From: Alphaproteobacteria bacterium
GTDB lineage: Bacteria; Pseudomonadota; Alphaproteobacteria; Micavibrionales; UBA2020
Direction of reading: 5' to 3'
DNA length: 64,000 bases
Assembly (NCBI GenBank): GCA_004297545.1
Contig: SCTB01000050.1
Coordinates: forward strand, 5,138-69,137
Shown here: positions 34,504-45,795 of the stretch, one piece after another
Numbering within the stretch: the stretch's first letter is position 1
Layout: each line of letters opens with the position of its first letter
The notes under the pieces: generated by a model
What the model was told of the DNA's origin: nothing
The model's database searches: none
Seen by the model: only the letters and a program-made list of their open reading frames with translations
Translations under genes and position numbers: made by a program

Positions 34504-36297
34504 TCAATACACCCGTGCTTTCGGCGGGATCGGCTCGACGTCGTTGGTCAGCGTGTTCATATGCACGGGGCGGTAGGTGATGGTGGTCTTGCCGTTGTCG
34601 TTCACATAGATGACGCTGTGCTTCATCCAGTTCTTGTCGTCGCGGTCCTTGAAGTCCTCGCGGGCATGGGCGCCGCGGCTTTCCTTGCGGTTCTCGGCCG
34701 AGGTGATGGAGGCCACGGCCTGCAGCATCAGGTTGTCGAGTTCGATGGTTTCGACCAGGTCCGAGTTCCAGATCATCGAGCGGTCGGAAACGCCCAGATC
34801 GGCGCGGCCCGCCATGCATTTCTGGATTTTCGCGACGCCTTCTTTCAGAAGGTCGCCGGTGCGGAAGACTGCGCAATGCTCCTGCATCGCCTTCTGCATC
34901 TGCAATCTTAAGTGCGCCGTGCGCGTGCCGCCCTTGGCGTTGCGCAGGCGGTCGAGGCGCTCGAGCGCGTTGTCGCCGGCATTGGCCGGCAGGCGCTTGT
35001 GGGAGGCGCCGGGGGTAATAACCTTCGCGGCCTGTATCGCCGCTGCGCGCCCGAAGACGACGAGATCGAGCAGTGAGTTGGAGCCAAGCCGGTTCGCGCC
35101 ATGCACCGACACGCAGGCGGCTTCGCCCACGGCCATGAGCCCCGGCACGATCTTGTCCGGATCCTTGGCGGTCGGGTTGACGACTTCGGTATGCACATTC
35201 GTGGGGATGCCGCCCATATTATAATGTACGGTCGGCAGCACGGGGATGGGTTCCTTCGTCACATCGACGTTGGAGAAAATGCGCGCGGTCTCGGAAATGC
35301 CGGGCAGGCGCTCGCGGATGATCGCGGGGTCGAGGTGCTCGAGATGCAGGAAGATATGGTCCTTGTGCTCGCCCACGCCGCGGCCTTCGCGGATTTCGAT
35401 GGTCATCGAACGGCTCACGACATCGCGGGATGCAAGGTCTTTCGCCGAGGGCGCATAGCGCTCCATGAAGCGCTCGCCCTGTGAATTCGTGAGATACCCG
35501 CCTTCGCCGCGCACGCCTTCGGTGATCAGGCAGCCTGCGCCGTAAATGCCGGTCGGGTGGAACTGGATGAATTCCATGTCCTGCAGCGGCAGGCCCGCGC
35601 GCAGCACCATCGCATTGCCGTCGCCCGTGCAGGTATGCGCCGAGGTGCAGGAGAAGTAGGCGCGGCCATAGCCGCCCGTCGCCATCACGACGCTATGCGC
35701 GCGGAAACGGTGGATGGTGCCGTCGGCCAGGTTCCAGGCCATCACGCCGCGGCAGGCGCCCTCGTCATCCATGATGAGGTCTAGCGCGAAATATTCGACG
35801 AAGAATTCCGCTTTGTGCTTTAAGGATTGCTGGTACAGCGTATGCAGCATCGCGTGGCCGGTGCGGTCGGCAGCGGCCGCCGTGCGGCGGGCGGTGCCCT
35901 TGCCCATATGCGTGGTCATGCCGCCGAAGGCGCGCTGGTAGATTTTCCCTTCCGCGGTGCGGCTGAAGGGCAGGCCGTAATGCTCGAGTTCGAGCACGGC
36001 GGGAACGGCCTCGCGGCACATATATTCGATGGCGTCCTGGTCGCCCAGCCAGTCCGAGCCCTTGACGGTATCATACATATGCCAGCGCCAGTCGTCCTCG
36101 CCCGCATTGCCGAGCGCGGCGGAAATACCGCCCTGTGCGGCAACGGTGTGGCTGCGCGTCGGGAAGACCTTCGTGATGCAGGCGGTCTTCAGGCCTTTTT
36201 CCGCCATGCCGAAGGTCGCGCGCAATCCCGCGCCGCCCGCGCCGACCACGACGACGTCATATTCATGCTCGATGATGGGATAAGCCTGTTCGGTCAT
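34504..36297 (-). CDS. sdhA: succinate dehydrogenase flavoprotein subunit
   Basis: [23 protein letters not shown] (FAD attachment site), [16 protein letters not shown]. Confidence 0.98.
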   Translation of the reverse strand: MTEQAYPIIEHEYDVVVVGAGGAGLRATFGMAEKGLKTACITKVFPTRSHTVAAQGGISAALGNAGEDDWRWHMYDTVKGSDWLGDQDAIEYMCREAVPAVLELEHYGLPFSRTAEGKIYQRAFGGMTTHMGKGTARRTAAAADRTGHAMLHTLYQQSLKHKAEFFVEYFALDLIMDDEGACRGVMAWNLADGTIHRFRAHSVVMATGGYGRAYFSCTSAHTCTGDGNAMVLRAGLPLQDMEFIQFHPTGIYGAGCLITEGVRGEGGYLTNSQGERFMERYAPSAKDLASRDVVSRSMTIEIREGRGVGEHKDHIFLHLEHLDPAIIRERLPGISETARIFSNVDVTKEPIPVLPTVHYNMGGIPTNVHTEVVNPTAKDPDKIVPGLMAVGEAACVSVHGANRLGSNSLLDLVVFGRAAAIQAAKVITPGASHKRLPANAGDNALERLDRLRNAKGGTRTAHLRLQMQKAMQEHCAVFRTGDLLKEGVAKIQKCMAGRADLGVSDRSMIWNSDLVETIELDNLMLQAVASITSAENRKESRGAHAREDFKDRDDKNWMKHSVIYVNDNGKTTITYRPVHMNTLTNDVEPIPPKARVY

Positions 36298-36710
36298 GGC
36301 GCTTCATACCCGTGAAGTGAAAAACTGATGTGGAGAATGGCGAAGATGCAGGCTGCGCCGAGCGCGATGAAGGTAAAATTGTTCAGCATCAGCAGCGCGA
36401 GTTTCCTGCCCTCGGAGGTCACGTAGTCTTCAATAATCACCTGCAGGCCCAGAACCGCATGGTAGAAGCTCGCGATGATGAAGAGTATCGCAAGGATGGC
36501 GACCAGCGGAGAGCCGATCCAGCTGATGAAATGCGCATAGGTGCCGGTCGTCATCTCTGGCAGGCAGGTCAGCCAGTAGAGCGACAGCGGCACGAGCGCG
36601 GCGGCGGAGGCGCGCTGCATCCACCAGTGGTGCATGCCTGCCTTCGCGGAGCCGAGGCCGCGTGCAGCGCCGAGAGGTGTGCGGATGCTGCTGTTGCTGT
36701 CTTTTGTCAT
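36294..36710 (-). CDS. sdhD: succinate dehydrogenase membrane anchor subunit
   Basis: [12 protein letters not shown] and three TM segments. The stop forms an ATGA overlap with the sdhA start. Confidence 0.9.
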   Translation of the reverse strand: MTKDSNSSIRTPLGAARGLGSAKAGMHHWWMQRASAAALVPLSLYWLTCLPEMTTGTYAHFISWIGSPLVAILAILFIIASFYHAVLGLQVIIEDYVTSEGRKLALLMLNNFTFIALGAACIFAILHISFSLHGYEAP

Positions 36711-36711
36711 G

Positions 36712-37101
36712 TTACTGCACCTCTCCGCCGGCCAGGCACCAGATGAGCAGCGTGACGGCGACCGAGCCGATCAGCACGAACCAGGCGCTGTTCGCCGCCT
36801 GCCGGATGGTAAGCCCGCGCCCCGTATCCCATACCAGGTGCCGGATGCCGTTCAGGAAATGGAAGGAAAAAGACCAGGCCCAGCCCAGCAGCATCAGCTT
36901 GCCAGGGATGGAGGCCGTGAAATTGTGAAATGTCATGAAAGATTCCGCGCCGCCTGCGGCAGCCAGCAATCCCCAGGTCACCAGCACCGCGCCCGCCGCG
37001 AGTCCGAATCCGGTCATGCGATGCAGGATCGACAGCACCATGGTGACCTGCCAGCGGTAGACTTGAAGATGGGGCGAAAGAGGGCGGCTGCTGTTTGCCA
37101 T
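36712..37101 (-). CDS. sdhC: succinate dehydrogenase cytochrome b556 subunit
   Basis: ATG at 37101 (MANSSRPLSPHLQVYRWQ...). HRMTG and NGIRHLVWD are present. The ORF-track extension to 37272 is AT-rich upstream sequence. Confidence 0.92.
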   Translation of the reverse strand: MANSSRPLSPHLQVYRWQVTMVLSILHRMTGFGLAAGAVLVTWGLLAAAGGAESFMTFHNFTASIPGKLMLLGWAWSFSFHFLNGIRHLVWDTGRGLTIRQAANSAWFVLIGSVAVTLLIWCLAGGEVQ

Positions 37102-37414
37102 ATATTTAACCAACCTGTGTTTACCAGAATACTGCTTAACCACGCAATATATAGCAACATACTCTTCCCGCTTGTTACACGTCCATACCGGCGCTAAAAA
37201 AAACCGCTCATGCTGCACCGCACACAGCCTTGACATTTCAGCTGCATCCAATAGGATTTCATAATAATTCATCAGTGTTCAGATCGGTTTTTGTAAAGGA
37301 ATAGATTTCCTTTGGGACAGTTTCGTATTAATTATGTCCATCTGCAAAAACCGAAAACGGATTCGCGCCGGGGCGATTGACTTAACGCCGCCCAGGCAAG
37401 GCACAGGATAAGAA

Positions 37415-40400
37415 GTGGCACAGGACGCGGACAACGCCCCCGGCACCCCACCGCCCGACAAGACGGCAGGCAGCGCGTCGCGCATTTTCACGATCGCGCC
37501 GGATAAATCCTTCCTTGATTCCGTGGCGGGAGGCATTCTCGCGCAGGTCGGCAACGACCCGTTAAAGCTTTCCGATTACACGATTCTTGTGCCCGACCGC
37601 GCCACGCGCGACCTCTTGCGGCAGGCCTTCATGGAGCAGTCGAAGGGCAAGCCCGGCATCATGCCGCGCATCGACGCGCCGGGAGACATGGACGACGATG
37701 ACCTGAGCTTGAAGATCTCCGACAATCATATATTGTCGCAGGCGCTCATGGATATTCCGCAGGCGGTGCCGGAACTGCACCGTCAGCTGATTTTGGCGCA
37801 GGAGATTTTGAAGATCCCCGGCATGGCAAGCTCGGTGCAAAAGGCCATCAAGCTGGGCGGCGAGCTGGGCTCCTTTCTTGACGAGATCCAGCGTAATAAC
37901 CTCGACCTGCAAAAAGCCAGCAGTTTCGTTCCTGCCGAGTTCAAGGACCAGTGGGCGCATACCGCGGAGTTTTTAAAAATCCTCACCGAGACCTGGCCGA
38001 AAGAACTCCAGAAGCTCGGCATGGTCGACCCCGAAGACCACAAGAACGCGCTCATCAGCATCCAGGCCGCGCACTGGAAACAGCATCCGCCCGCAAACCC
38101 GATCGTCGCCGTCGGCTTCACTGACACGTCGCCCGCCGTCCTCGGCCTGCTGCAGACCGTCGCCGGCCTGCCCAAGGGCGCCGTCGTGCTGCCGGGCGTG
38201 GACCTGCAGCTTGACCAGAAAAGCTGGGACGTTTTGACGCCGGTGCATCCGCAATACGCTTTCAAGCAGATGCTGACTGCCTTCGGCCTCGACCGCGCCG
38301 CCGTGTCCGAATGGAGCGACAATGTGCCCGATCCGCAGCATGTGCGGGCGAATGATCTTGAAAAGACCAACCGCGAACGCCAGAAGCTGCTGCGCGAGAC
38401 CATGCGCCCCGCCGGCACCTCTGAGGGCTGGAGCGGGCTCAAAGGCCGCAAGAAAGCCAAGCGGCCGCATATCGACGCTGAAGACGAAGAGGCTATCGAC
38501 ATTGAAGCCTTAAGCGGCATGGACCTCATCACCTGTTCTTCCCAGCAGGAAGAAGCTTCTGTCATCGCGCTGAAAATGCGCGAGTCTCTCGAAGTACCGG
38601 GGCGCACCGCGACGCTGGTGACGGGCGACCGCTCGCTCGCGCGCCGCGTCGCTGCCCGCCTGCGCTACTGGCGGATCGATGTGGAAGACGGCGCAGGCGA
38701 AACCCTCTCCGAAACCCCGGCAGGAGTTTTCCTGCTCGCAACCGCCAACATGGCAGCCGAGGAATGGGCGCCGGTGGCGACACTGGAGGCGCTCAAGCAT
38801 CCGCTCGCCACGCTGGGCGAAACCCACGAGGCCTTTGCGCAGAAATTATCGGTACTGGAGGACATGGTATTCCACGGGCCGCGCCCCGGTCCCGGCCACG
38901 AAGGCGTCAAGGGCGTGCTGAAAGCCGCGTTCAACCGCGCCGCGCGCCGCCCCGATCACCGCCCGCTTGCAGACCTCAATGCCGACAAGCAGAAACTGGA
39001 TGCCTGGCTCGATGCGATCGAGGCCGCCGGCAAGCCGCTGTTCGATAAAATGTCCGAAGGCAAGACGCTGCCCTTCGCGGAATTCCTCGATGATCATATC
39101 CGTTTCGCCGAAGCGCTGGCCAAGACCGCCGATGAAACCGGCGCGGACCGCCTGTGGCGCGGCGACGACGGCGTGAAAGCCGCACGCTTCCTCACCCAGC
39201 TGCGCGACGCCGCGAAATATATTCCCGACCTGACGGGCGAAGACTATGTCGACGTGCTGCAGGGGTTGATGCGCGATGTGTCGCTGAAATCCACCTCCGC
39301 CCCGCACCCGACGCTGAAAATTCTCACGCCGGAACAGGCGCGTCTGACCAAGGCCGACATTATGATTGTCGGCGGCATCAACGATGAGTCCTGGCCAAAG
39401 CGCCCGGATGAAAGTCCGTGGTTGTCCCCCGATATGGGCAAGGCCCTGGGCCTGCCGCCCGCCGAGGCGCAGATCGGCCATGCCGCGCACCAGTTCGTGC
39501 AGGCGACGTCGAATCCCAATGTGCTGCTGTCGCGCTCCGTGCGTTCCGGCGATGCGCCGACCGTCGCTTCGCCTTTCCTGACGCGCCTGATGATGGTGCT
39601 GAAAGGCGCCAACCTCGACCAGGAAATCCAGAGCAAGACGCAGCTGCTCGAAATCCACGACGCGATGCAGACGCCCGCCGACGTCAAGCCGATCGCGCCG
39701 CCGGAGCCGCGCCCGCCGTCATCCGCGCGGCCCAAGGAACTGCCGGTGACGGCGATTGAAAAGCTGATGCGCGACCCCTATGCGGTCTATGCGAAATACG
39801 TGCTGAAACTGCGGCCCAAGACGCCGCTCGACGCCTCGCCCAGCGTGGCGGAGCGCGGCACCTTCACGCATGATGCGCTCGATACCTTCGTCAAGAAGTA
39901 TCCCGACAAGCTGCCCGACAACGCCTATGACGAGCTGCTGAAAATCGGCCGTGAGTCCTTCGAGACGCGCATCAATAACCCGAACGTGCAGGCCTTCTGG
40001 TGGCCGCGCTTCGAGCGCATCGCGAAATGGTTCGTGAAGTTCGAGGAAGAGCGCCGCGAAATGACGCGAACGCTGGGCACCGAGGTCCGCGGCAAGCTCG
40101 AAATCGACATGGGCGGGGGCGAGGTCTTCACGCTGACCACCATCGCCGACCGCGTCGACCGCAACTCTGACGACCAGCTGGCTGTCATCGACTACAAGAC
40201 CGGCGCCGTGCCGACGCAGAAATCCGTCGCGCTCGGCTATTCGCCGCAGCTGACGCTGGAGGCGCTTATCGCCTTCCGCGGCGGGTTCGATAAAATCGAC
40301 GCATCCGAAGTGGGCGAACTGCAGTACTGGAAACTTTCCGGCGGCAAGCCCGCGGCGGATGTGACCAAGGTGCGCGGCGACGTCAAGCAGCTGGTGACGG

Positions 40401-40630
40401 AAGCCAATGAAGGCATCCAGAACCTTGTGAAAGCCTTCAACGATTCCAAGACGCCCTACCTCTCGACCCCGCGCCCCGAATGGGCGCCGCGCTATAACGA
40501 CTACAAGCACCTCTCCCGCTCGGGCGAATGGGGCACCGTCAAGCAGCAGGCGGATGCGAAAAAGAAACTCAAAAAACCGAAGACGCAAAAGCCGAAGCCG
40601 AAACGGCACGGACGGGGAGGGCATAAATAA
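37415..40630 (+). CDS. addB: double-strand break repair protein AddB (alphaproteobacterial type)
   Basis: 1071 aa with a GTG start. It has a C-terminal PD-(D/E)xK nuclease region (IDYKTG), lies immediately upstream of addA, and overlaps it as TAATG. Confidence 0.9.
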   Translation: MAQDADNAPGTPPPDKTAGSASRIFTIAPDKSFLDSVAGGILAQVGNDPLKLSDYTILVPDRATRDLLRQAFMEQSKGKPGIMPRIDAPGDMDDDDLSLKISDNHILSQALMDIPQAVPELHRQLILAQEILKIPGMASSVQKAIKLGGELGSFLDEIQRNNLDLQKASSFVPAEFKDQWAHTAEFLKILTETWPKELQKLGMVDPEDHKNALISIQAAHWKQHPPANPIVAVGFTDTSPAVLGLLQTVAGLPKGAVVLPGVDLQLDQKSWDVLTPVHPQYAFKQMLTAFGLDRAAVSEWSDNVPDPQHVRANDLEKTNRERQKLLRETMRPAGTSEGWSGLKGRKKAKRPHIDAEDEEAIDIEALSGMDLITCSSQQEEASVIALKMRESLEVPGRTATLVTGDRSLARRVAARLRYWRIDVEDGAGETLSETPAGVFLLATANMAAEEWAPVATLEALKHPLATLGETHEAFAQKLSVLEDMVFHGPRPGPGHEGVKGVLKAAFNRAARRPDHRPLADLNADKQKLDAWLDAIEAAGKPLFDKMSEGKTLPFAEFLDDHIRFAEALAKTADETGADRLWRGDDGVKAARFLTQLRDAAKYIPDLTGEDYVDVLQGLMRDVSLKSTSAPHPTLKILTPEQARLTKADIMIVGGINDESWPKRPDESPWLSPDMGKALGLPPAEAQIGHAAHQFVQATSNPNVLLSRSVRSGDAPTVASPFLTRLMMVLKGANLDQEIQSKTQLLEIHDAMQTPADVKPIAPPEPRPPSSARPKELPVTAIEKLMRDPYAVYAKYVLKLRPKTPLDASPSVAERGTFTHDALDTFVKKYPDKLPDNAYDELLKIGRESFETRINNPNVQAFWWPRFERIAKWFVKFEEERREMTRTLGTEVRGKLEIDMGGGEVFTLTTIADRVDRNSDDQLAVIDYKTGAVPTQKSVALGYSPQLTLEALIAFRGGFDKIDASEVGELQYWKLSGGKPAADVTKVRGDVKQLVTEANEGIQNLVKAFNDSKTPYLSTPRPEWAPRYNDYKHLSRSGEWGTVKQQADAKKKLKKPKTQKPKPKRHGRGGHK

Positions 40631-43600
40631 TGGCCGCGAAGAAACCCGCCCCCGCAAAGGAAGAACCGGATATCGAGATCAAGCGCGTTCCTGAAGCCGC
40701 GCCGCCGCCCTTGCCCAAGGGCAAGCCTGACCCGAATGTCGTGCAGCGCCAGGCTTCCGATCCTTCCGCCAGCGTCTGGGTGACGGCTTCGGCCGGCACC
40801 GGCAAGACGAAGGTGCTGACCGACCGCGTGCTGCGGCTGATGCTGAACGGCGCGCAGCCCGACCAGATTTTATGCCTGACCTTCACCCGCGCGGCCGCTT
40901 CCGTCATGACCAACCGCATCCGAGAGGAGCTCAGCGCCTGGGCGACCTGTGACGACGATTCACTCGAGGAAAGGCTGACCAAGCTCAACGGCGTGAAGCC
41001 TGATGAAGACACGACAAAGCGTGCGCGGCAGCTCTTCGCCGAATTCCTCGACGCCTACGGCGGCATGCGCGTCCAGACCATTCACTCTTTTTCCCAGTCG
41101 CTGCTGCGGCGCTTCCCGATCGAATCCGGCATTCCGCCCTATTTCGACGTCATGGACGAACAGACTTCGTCTGAAATGCTGCGCGAGGCGCAGGCGGATG
41201 TCCTGCGCGACGTCCAGCGCGACCCGACCACGCCGCTCGCCAAAGCCGTGCAGATGGTGACGCCCGAAGTGCCGGAAGACGATTTCGCGGCCATCATTGG
41301 CGAGCTTACCTATCGCCGGGGGCAGCTGTTCTCGGTCTTCGGCCAGAACGGCGGCCTCGAAGGCACCATCGCCAATATATACAAGTATCTCGCGGCCCCG
41401 ACCGGCACCGATACCGCCACGATGATGGCGCAGCTGAATTCGAATACCGGCCTGAACGGCACGGCGCCCGACATCAAGGCGCTGCGTGAGGCGGCGGATA
41501 CGCTGGCCGGCGGAACGCCCTCCGATCTCGAAAAGGCCAAGATCATCAAGGCGTGGATTTTGCACCCCGCGCAGCGCGAAGAGCTGTTCAACGACTACGT
41601 CAGCGTGTTCCTGACGCAGGACGGCGATATGCGCAAGCGCCTGACCACCAAGGCGACGGCGGACGCGCAAGATGCGTTGGAAAAAGAAGCGAAACGCCTC
41701 ATCGAAGGCATCGAGGCTATCTCCACGATGAACGTCGCGCGCGGCACCGAGGCGCTGCTGCGCCTGACCGCAGCGGTGCTGGAGAAATATACCGAAAAAA
41801 AACGCTCCCTGAACCTGCTCGACTTCGACGACCTCGTCTATAACGCCAACAAGATGATGAGCCAGGACAATGCAGCGGGCTGGGTGCTGCAGAAACTGCC
41901 CGGCAACCTGAAGCATATCCTCGTCGACGAGGCGCAGGACACGAACCCCGACCAGTGGGAGCTCGTCGCCGCCGTCGCGAAAGAGTTCTTCACCAACCCC
42001 GCGCGCAAGGCGTCGAAAGACAATACCATTTTCGTCGTCGGCGACGAAAAGCAGTCGATTTTCAGCTTCCAGCGCGCGGATCCGCGCGAATTCAACCTGC
42101 ACAAGCAGTTCTTTGCCGACCTCGTCAAGCAGGCGGGCGGACGCTGGCGCGAAGTGGAGATGGAAATCGCCTTCCGCTCTTCGCCCGCCATCACGCGCGC
42201 GGTCGATGCCGTTTTCGCCAACCCGGAGGCTTCCGATGGGCTGTTTTTCGAAGGCGACAACGGCGAAAAGCAGGTGCGGCATAACCCCTTTCGCCGCGGG
42301 CAGGCCGGCGTGGTCGAGGTGCATCCCGTCATCCGCGCGGAAAAAGCCGAAGAGCCGAAGCCCTGGTCGCTGCCGCTCCAGATGGAAGCCAAGCCCGACC
42401 CCTCCGTCGAGATGGCGGATAAAATCGCCGACCAGATCAAGGGCTGGCTCGATTCAGGCGAGCAGCTGCAGTCGCGCAAGCGCCCGATCAACCCTTCCGA
42501 CATCGTCATCCTCGTGCGCCGCCGCTCCGAATTCGTCGACAACATGGTGCGCGCGCTGAAAAAACGCGACATCCCCGTGGCCGGCGCCGACCGCATGGCG
42601 CTGCGTGAGCAGATTGCCGTCATGGACCTTGTCGCGCTGGGCGAAGTGCTGCTCTTTCCGAAAGACGACTACAAGCTGGCCTGCGTTCTGAAGTCCCCCA
42701 TCATCGGCCTCAACGACCAGCAACTCGAAAACCTGGCTGTCGGGCGCAGCGGCGACCTCTGGGAAGCGCTGAAAACGAAAGCCGCGGACAAGAAAGCGGA
42801 TAAAATCTATCACGACGCCTTCGAATATCTCTCCGGCCTGCAAAAGAACATGAATGCCGAGCGCCCTTACGAGTTTTACTCGCGCGTGCTCATGAACCCC
42901 TGCCCTGCGAATGCGAAATCGGGCCTGAACGCGATGTACAGCCGCTTAGGGTTCGAGGCCGAAGACCCGCTGGTCGAATTCATGAACGCGGTCGAGCGTT
43001 TCGAGAAAATCCACACGCCTTCCTTGCAGGGCTTCCTGTCCTGGCTCGATGCCGGGGAGGCGGAAGTCAAGCGCGAGATGAACATGAACCCCGAAACGCC
43101 GCGCGTCCATATCATGACGGTGCACGGCGCCAAGGGGCTGGAAGCGCCCATCGTCTTCCTGCCTGACACGACGGGCCTACCCGAAGACAACGCCCGCGCA
43201 AGGCCGAAATTCCTGTGGCCGGCGGGAGACCGCAAGGTGCCCCTGTGGGTGCCGCGCGCCGATTTCGAAAGCAGCGTCTTCGTGCGCGAGCGCGAAAAAG
43301 CCGAGCTGGAGCGCGACCGCGAGTTCCGCCGCCTGATGTATGTCGCCATGACCCGCGCCGCCGACAGGCTTTACGTCTACGGCGCGCAGAATGCGGACAA
43401 GAGTTCCGAGAAAAGCTGGTATTCCCTTATCCGCAAGGGACTTGAAGAGAACCTGAAAGACGAGATCGAGACGCTGAAACCCGGTGACGACGGCTCGGTC
43501 AAGTCGCTGGCCGCCTCCTTCCGCAAGAAGGCGGCAAAGGCGACTCCCGCCGCTAAAGGAGAGGAAGAGACGCCGCGCGACGACAGCACCATCCTGCGCT

Positions 43601-44379
43601 TTACCGTCAAGCAGACCGCCCGTCCGCAGCCCGACGGCCTGAAGCCGCTCGGCAAAAGCAAGACGGTCGGTATTCCCGTATGGGCGCGCACGCTCCCCAA
43701 TGCCGACCAGACGCCGGTCACAAAATTCCGCCCCTCCGAATACAAAGGCTCCAACGACAACCACAGCGCGCCCTCGCCGCTTGAGGCCGAAAAGGAAACC
43801 TATTTCCGCAAGCTTGGCACCGTGGTGCACGAATTGTTCGAATTCCTGCCCTCCCTGCCGCCCGAAGATCGCGAAGCTGCCGCGAAGAAACACCTCGCGA
43901 AACCGGGCTGGAATTTAAGCGAAAAAGACCAGGAGATGGCGGTCAAGGAAGTGCTGAAAATCCTCGGCGATCCCGAATTCGGCGGCCTTTTCGGCCCCAA
44001 CAGCCGCGCCGAAGTCGGCATCACCGGCCTCTTCGACAAGGCCGGCGTCAAGCAGATGATGTCGGGCCAGATCGACCGCCTCGTCGTGGATGACAAGAGC
44101 GTGCTGATCATCGACTTCAAGAACAGCGTTCACATCCCGAAATCCGTCGACGATGTGCAATACAAATATATCGTGCAGATGGCGGCCTACCGCCTTGCGC
44201 TGCAGCAGATCTACCCGGACAAGGAAGTCAAATGCGCACTGCTCTACACGCGGCAGGCGAAGCTGGTGCCGCTCCCCGCAGCCAAGCTGGATGAGGCCCT
44301 GAAGAAAATCGACCTCAAGCCGCATGTCTCGAAAAAGCCCGATGTGAAGCCGTCCGCGCCCAAGGGACCGCAACCCTGA
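40630..44379 (+). CDS. addA: double-strand break repair helicase AddA (UvrD-family helicase plus nuclease)
   Basis: ASAGTGKTKVL (Walker A), HILVDEAQDTNP, VGDEKQSIFSFQRAD, TVHGAKGLEAP, YVAMTRA, and a C-terminal nuclease (IIDFKN). Confidence 0.95.
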   Translation: MAAKKPAPAKEEPDIEIKRVPEAAPPPLPKGKPDPNVVQRQASDPSASVWVTASAGTGKTKVLTDRVLRLMLNGAQPDQILCLTFTRAAASVMTNRIREELSAWATCDDDSLEERLTKLNGVKPDEDTTKRARQLFAEFLDAYGGMRVQTIHSFSQSLLRRFPIESGIPPYFDVMDEQTSSEMLREAQADVLRDVQRDPTTPLAKAVQMVTPEVPEDDFAAIIGELTYRRGQLFSVFGQNGGLEGTIANIYKYLAAPTGTDTATMMAQLNSNTGLNGTAPDIKALREAADTLAGGTPSDLEKAKIIKAWILHPAQREELFNDYVSVFLTQDGDMRKRLTTKATADAQDALEKEAKRLIEGIEAISTMNVARGTEALLRLTAAVLEKYTEKKRSLNLLDFDDLVYNANKMMSQDNAAGWVLQKLPGNLKHILVDEAQDTNPDQWELVAAVAKEFFTNPARKASKDNTIFVVGDEKQSIFSFQRADPREFNLHKQFFADLVKQAGGRWREVEMEIAFRSSPAITRAVDAVFANPEASDGLFFEGDNGEKQVRHNPFRRGQAGVVEVHPVIRAEKAEEPKPWSLPLQMEAKPDPSVEMADKIADQIKGWLDSGEQLQSRKRPINPSDIVILVRRRSEFVDNMVRALKKRDIPVAGADRMALREQIAVMDLVALGEVLLFPKDDYKLACVLKSPIIGLNDQQLENLAVGRSGDLWEALKTKAADKKADKIYHDAFEYLSGLQKNMNAERPYEFYSRVLMNPCPANAKSGLNAMYSRLGFEAEDPLVEFMNAVERFEKIHTPSLQGFLSWLDAGEAEVKREMNMNPETPRVHIMTVHGAKGLEAPIVFLPDTTGLPEDNARARPKFLWPAGDRKVPLWVPRADFESSVFVREREKAELERDREFRRLMYVAMTRAADRLYVYGAQNADKSSEKSWYSLIRKGLEENLKDEIETLKPGDDGSVKSLAASFRKKAAKATPAAKGEEETPRDDSTILRFTVKQTARPQPDGLKPLGKSKTVGIPVWARTLPNADQTPVTKFRPSEYKGSNDNHSAPSPLEAEKETYFRKLGTVVHELFEFLPSLPPEDREAAAKKHLAKPGWNLSEKDQEMAVKEVLKILGDPEFGGLFGPNSRAEVGITGLFDKAGVKQMMSGQIDRLVVDDKSVLIIDFKNSVHIPKSVDDVQYKYIVQMAAYRLALQQIYPDKEVKCALLYTRQAKLVPLPAAKLDEALKKIDLKPHVSKKPDVKPSAPKGPQP

Positions 44380-45248
44380 TGGCCGAAAAACTTGGATTTA
44401 TTGGACTGGGCATCATGGGCCTGCCGATGGCGCTGAACCTAAGGCGCGCCGGCTTCCCCCTGTCGGTTTACAACCGCACCAAAAGCCGCACCGTGCCGCT
44501 GAAGGATGCCGGGGCCGCGATCTGCACAAGTCCGAAAGACGTTGCCGCGAATTCCGATATCATCTTCATCTGCGTTTCCGACACGCCCGATGTGAACGAG
44601 GTTCTCTTCGGCAAGGAGGGCGTGGCGGCGGGGGCAAAGAAAGGCTCTGTCGTGGTCGATATGAGCACGATTTCCCCGGATTCGACGAGGCGTTTCGCCG
44701 CCGATCTCAAAATGGCGGGCATCGACATGCTCGATGCGCCCGTCTCGGGCGGCGAGGCGGGCGCCATCGCGGGCAGCCTTTCCATCATGGTCGGCGGGAA
44801 GGAAGAGGTGTGCCGCCGCGTGCTGCCCTTCTTCCAGAAGCTCGGCAAGAACATCGTGCTGGTCGGCGACCATGGCGCGGGACAGGTGGCCAAGGCCTGC
44901 AACCAGATCGTCATCGCCGTCACCATCGAGGCGGTGGGCGAGGCGCTGCTGCTCGCTGAAAAAAGCGGCGTCAGCGGCCACAAGGTGCGCGAGGCGCTGA
45001 TGGGCGGTTTTGCAGGTTCGAAGGTTCTGGAAGTGCACGGCAACCGCATGCTGAACGACGATTACAAGCCCGGTTTCAAGGCGAAGCTGCACCGCAAGGA
45101 CATGGGCATCGTGCTCGACACCGCCAAAAACCTGCAACTGCCGTTGCCCGCGACCACGCTGGTCACGCTGCATATGGACGAAGTCATCAAGTCCGGCGAC
45201 GGCGAGCTCGACTCCTCCGCCATCTTCAAGGCGCTCAGGAAGAACTAA
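44379..45248 (+). CDS. NAD(P)-dependent oxidoreductase, 3-hydroxyisobutyrate / 2-hydroxy-3-oxopropionate reductase family
   Basis: GFIGLGIMGLPMALNL Rossmann fold, DAPVSGG, and a beta-hydroxyacid dehydrogenase layout. Its start overlaps the addA stop as TGATG. Confidence 0.88.
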   Translation: MAEKLGFIGLGIMGLPMALNLRRAGFPLSVYNRTKSRTVPLKDAGAAICTSPKDVAANSDIIFICVSDTPDVNEVLFGKEGVAAGAKKGSVVVDMSTISPDSTRRFAADLKMAGIDMLDAPVSGGEAGAIAGSLSIMVGGKEEVCRRVLPFFQKLGKNIVLVGDHGAGQVAKACNQIVIAVTIEAVGEALLLAEKSGVSGHKVREALMGGFAGSKVLEVHGNRMLNDDYKPGFKAKLHRKDMGIVLDTAKNLQLPLPATTLVTLHMDEVIKSGDGELDSSAIFKALRKN

Positions 45249-45252
45249 TCTT

Positions 45253-45735
45253 CTATAATTTGGTCAGAGCCTCAAGCGCACCCTGCAGGATATGGGATGC
45301 CGCCAGCGCGTCGATAATTTCTTTCCGTTTTTTGTGCGGCATCTTGCGCTCTTCGGCCAGGAAGTCCTCGACCGCGAAACTGGACAGGCGTTCATCAAAA
45401 AATGTTATGACAGGCTCGAAGCCAAGCGTATCTTTTGCCTTGAGCAGGTTCGCGGCGAAATGCCGCACAGACTGCGCGCGCGGGCCCTCGCTGTCGTCCA
45501 TGTTCAAAGGCAGGCCGATGACGAAGCCGCGCACGCCATATTCGCGCGAAAGCGCCGAAAGCTCCTTAAGATTTTCCGTAAATGTCGTTCGGCGCAGGGT
45601 TTTGAACGGCGTCGCGATTGTGAGCTCGGGATTGGACAGGGCGAGGCCCAGCGTCTTCTCGCCGTGGTCCATGCCCAAAAGCCTTGATTTGAGAGGCAGG
45701 TGGCTTCTGAGTTCTTTAATTGCGACAATCGCCAT
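45253..45735 (-). CDS. ruvX: Holliday junction resolvase-like / pre-16S rRNA nuclease RuvX (YqgF)
   Basis: ATG at 45735. LGMDHGEKTLGLALS and GFVIGLPLNMDDSEGPRAQ are present. The rest of the 588-aa ORF-track entry is antisense to gatC/gatA. Confidence 0.9.
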   Translation of the reverse strand: MAIVAIKELRSHLPLKSRLLGMDHGEKTLGLALSNPELTIATPFKTLRRTTFTENLKELSALSREYGVRGFVIGLPLNMDDSEGPRAQSVRHFAANLLKAKDTLGFEPVITFFDERLSSFAVEDFLAEERKMPHKKRKEIIDALAASHILQGALEALTKL

Positions 45736-45795
45736 GCTAAGTTCTTTCCGCGACATTATATAAATAAAAGGCCGGATTTGAACAGGAAATAAGAG

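Noticed and set aside
37279-37554. 91-aa minus-strand ORF in the sdhC-addB intergenic region, and the 64-aa ORF 53343..53537
   Set aside because: They span promoter-like AT-rich DNA and overlap the start of the neighbouring gene. They have no Shine-Dalgarno and an implausible composition.
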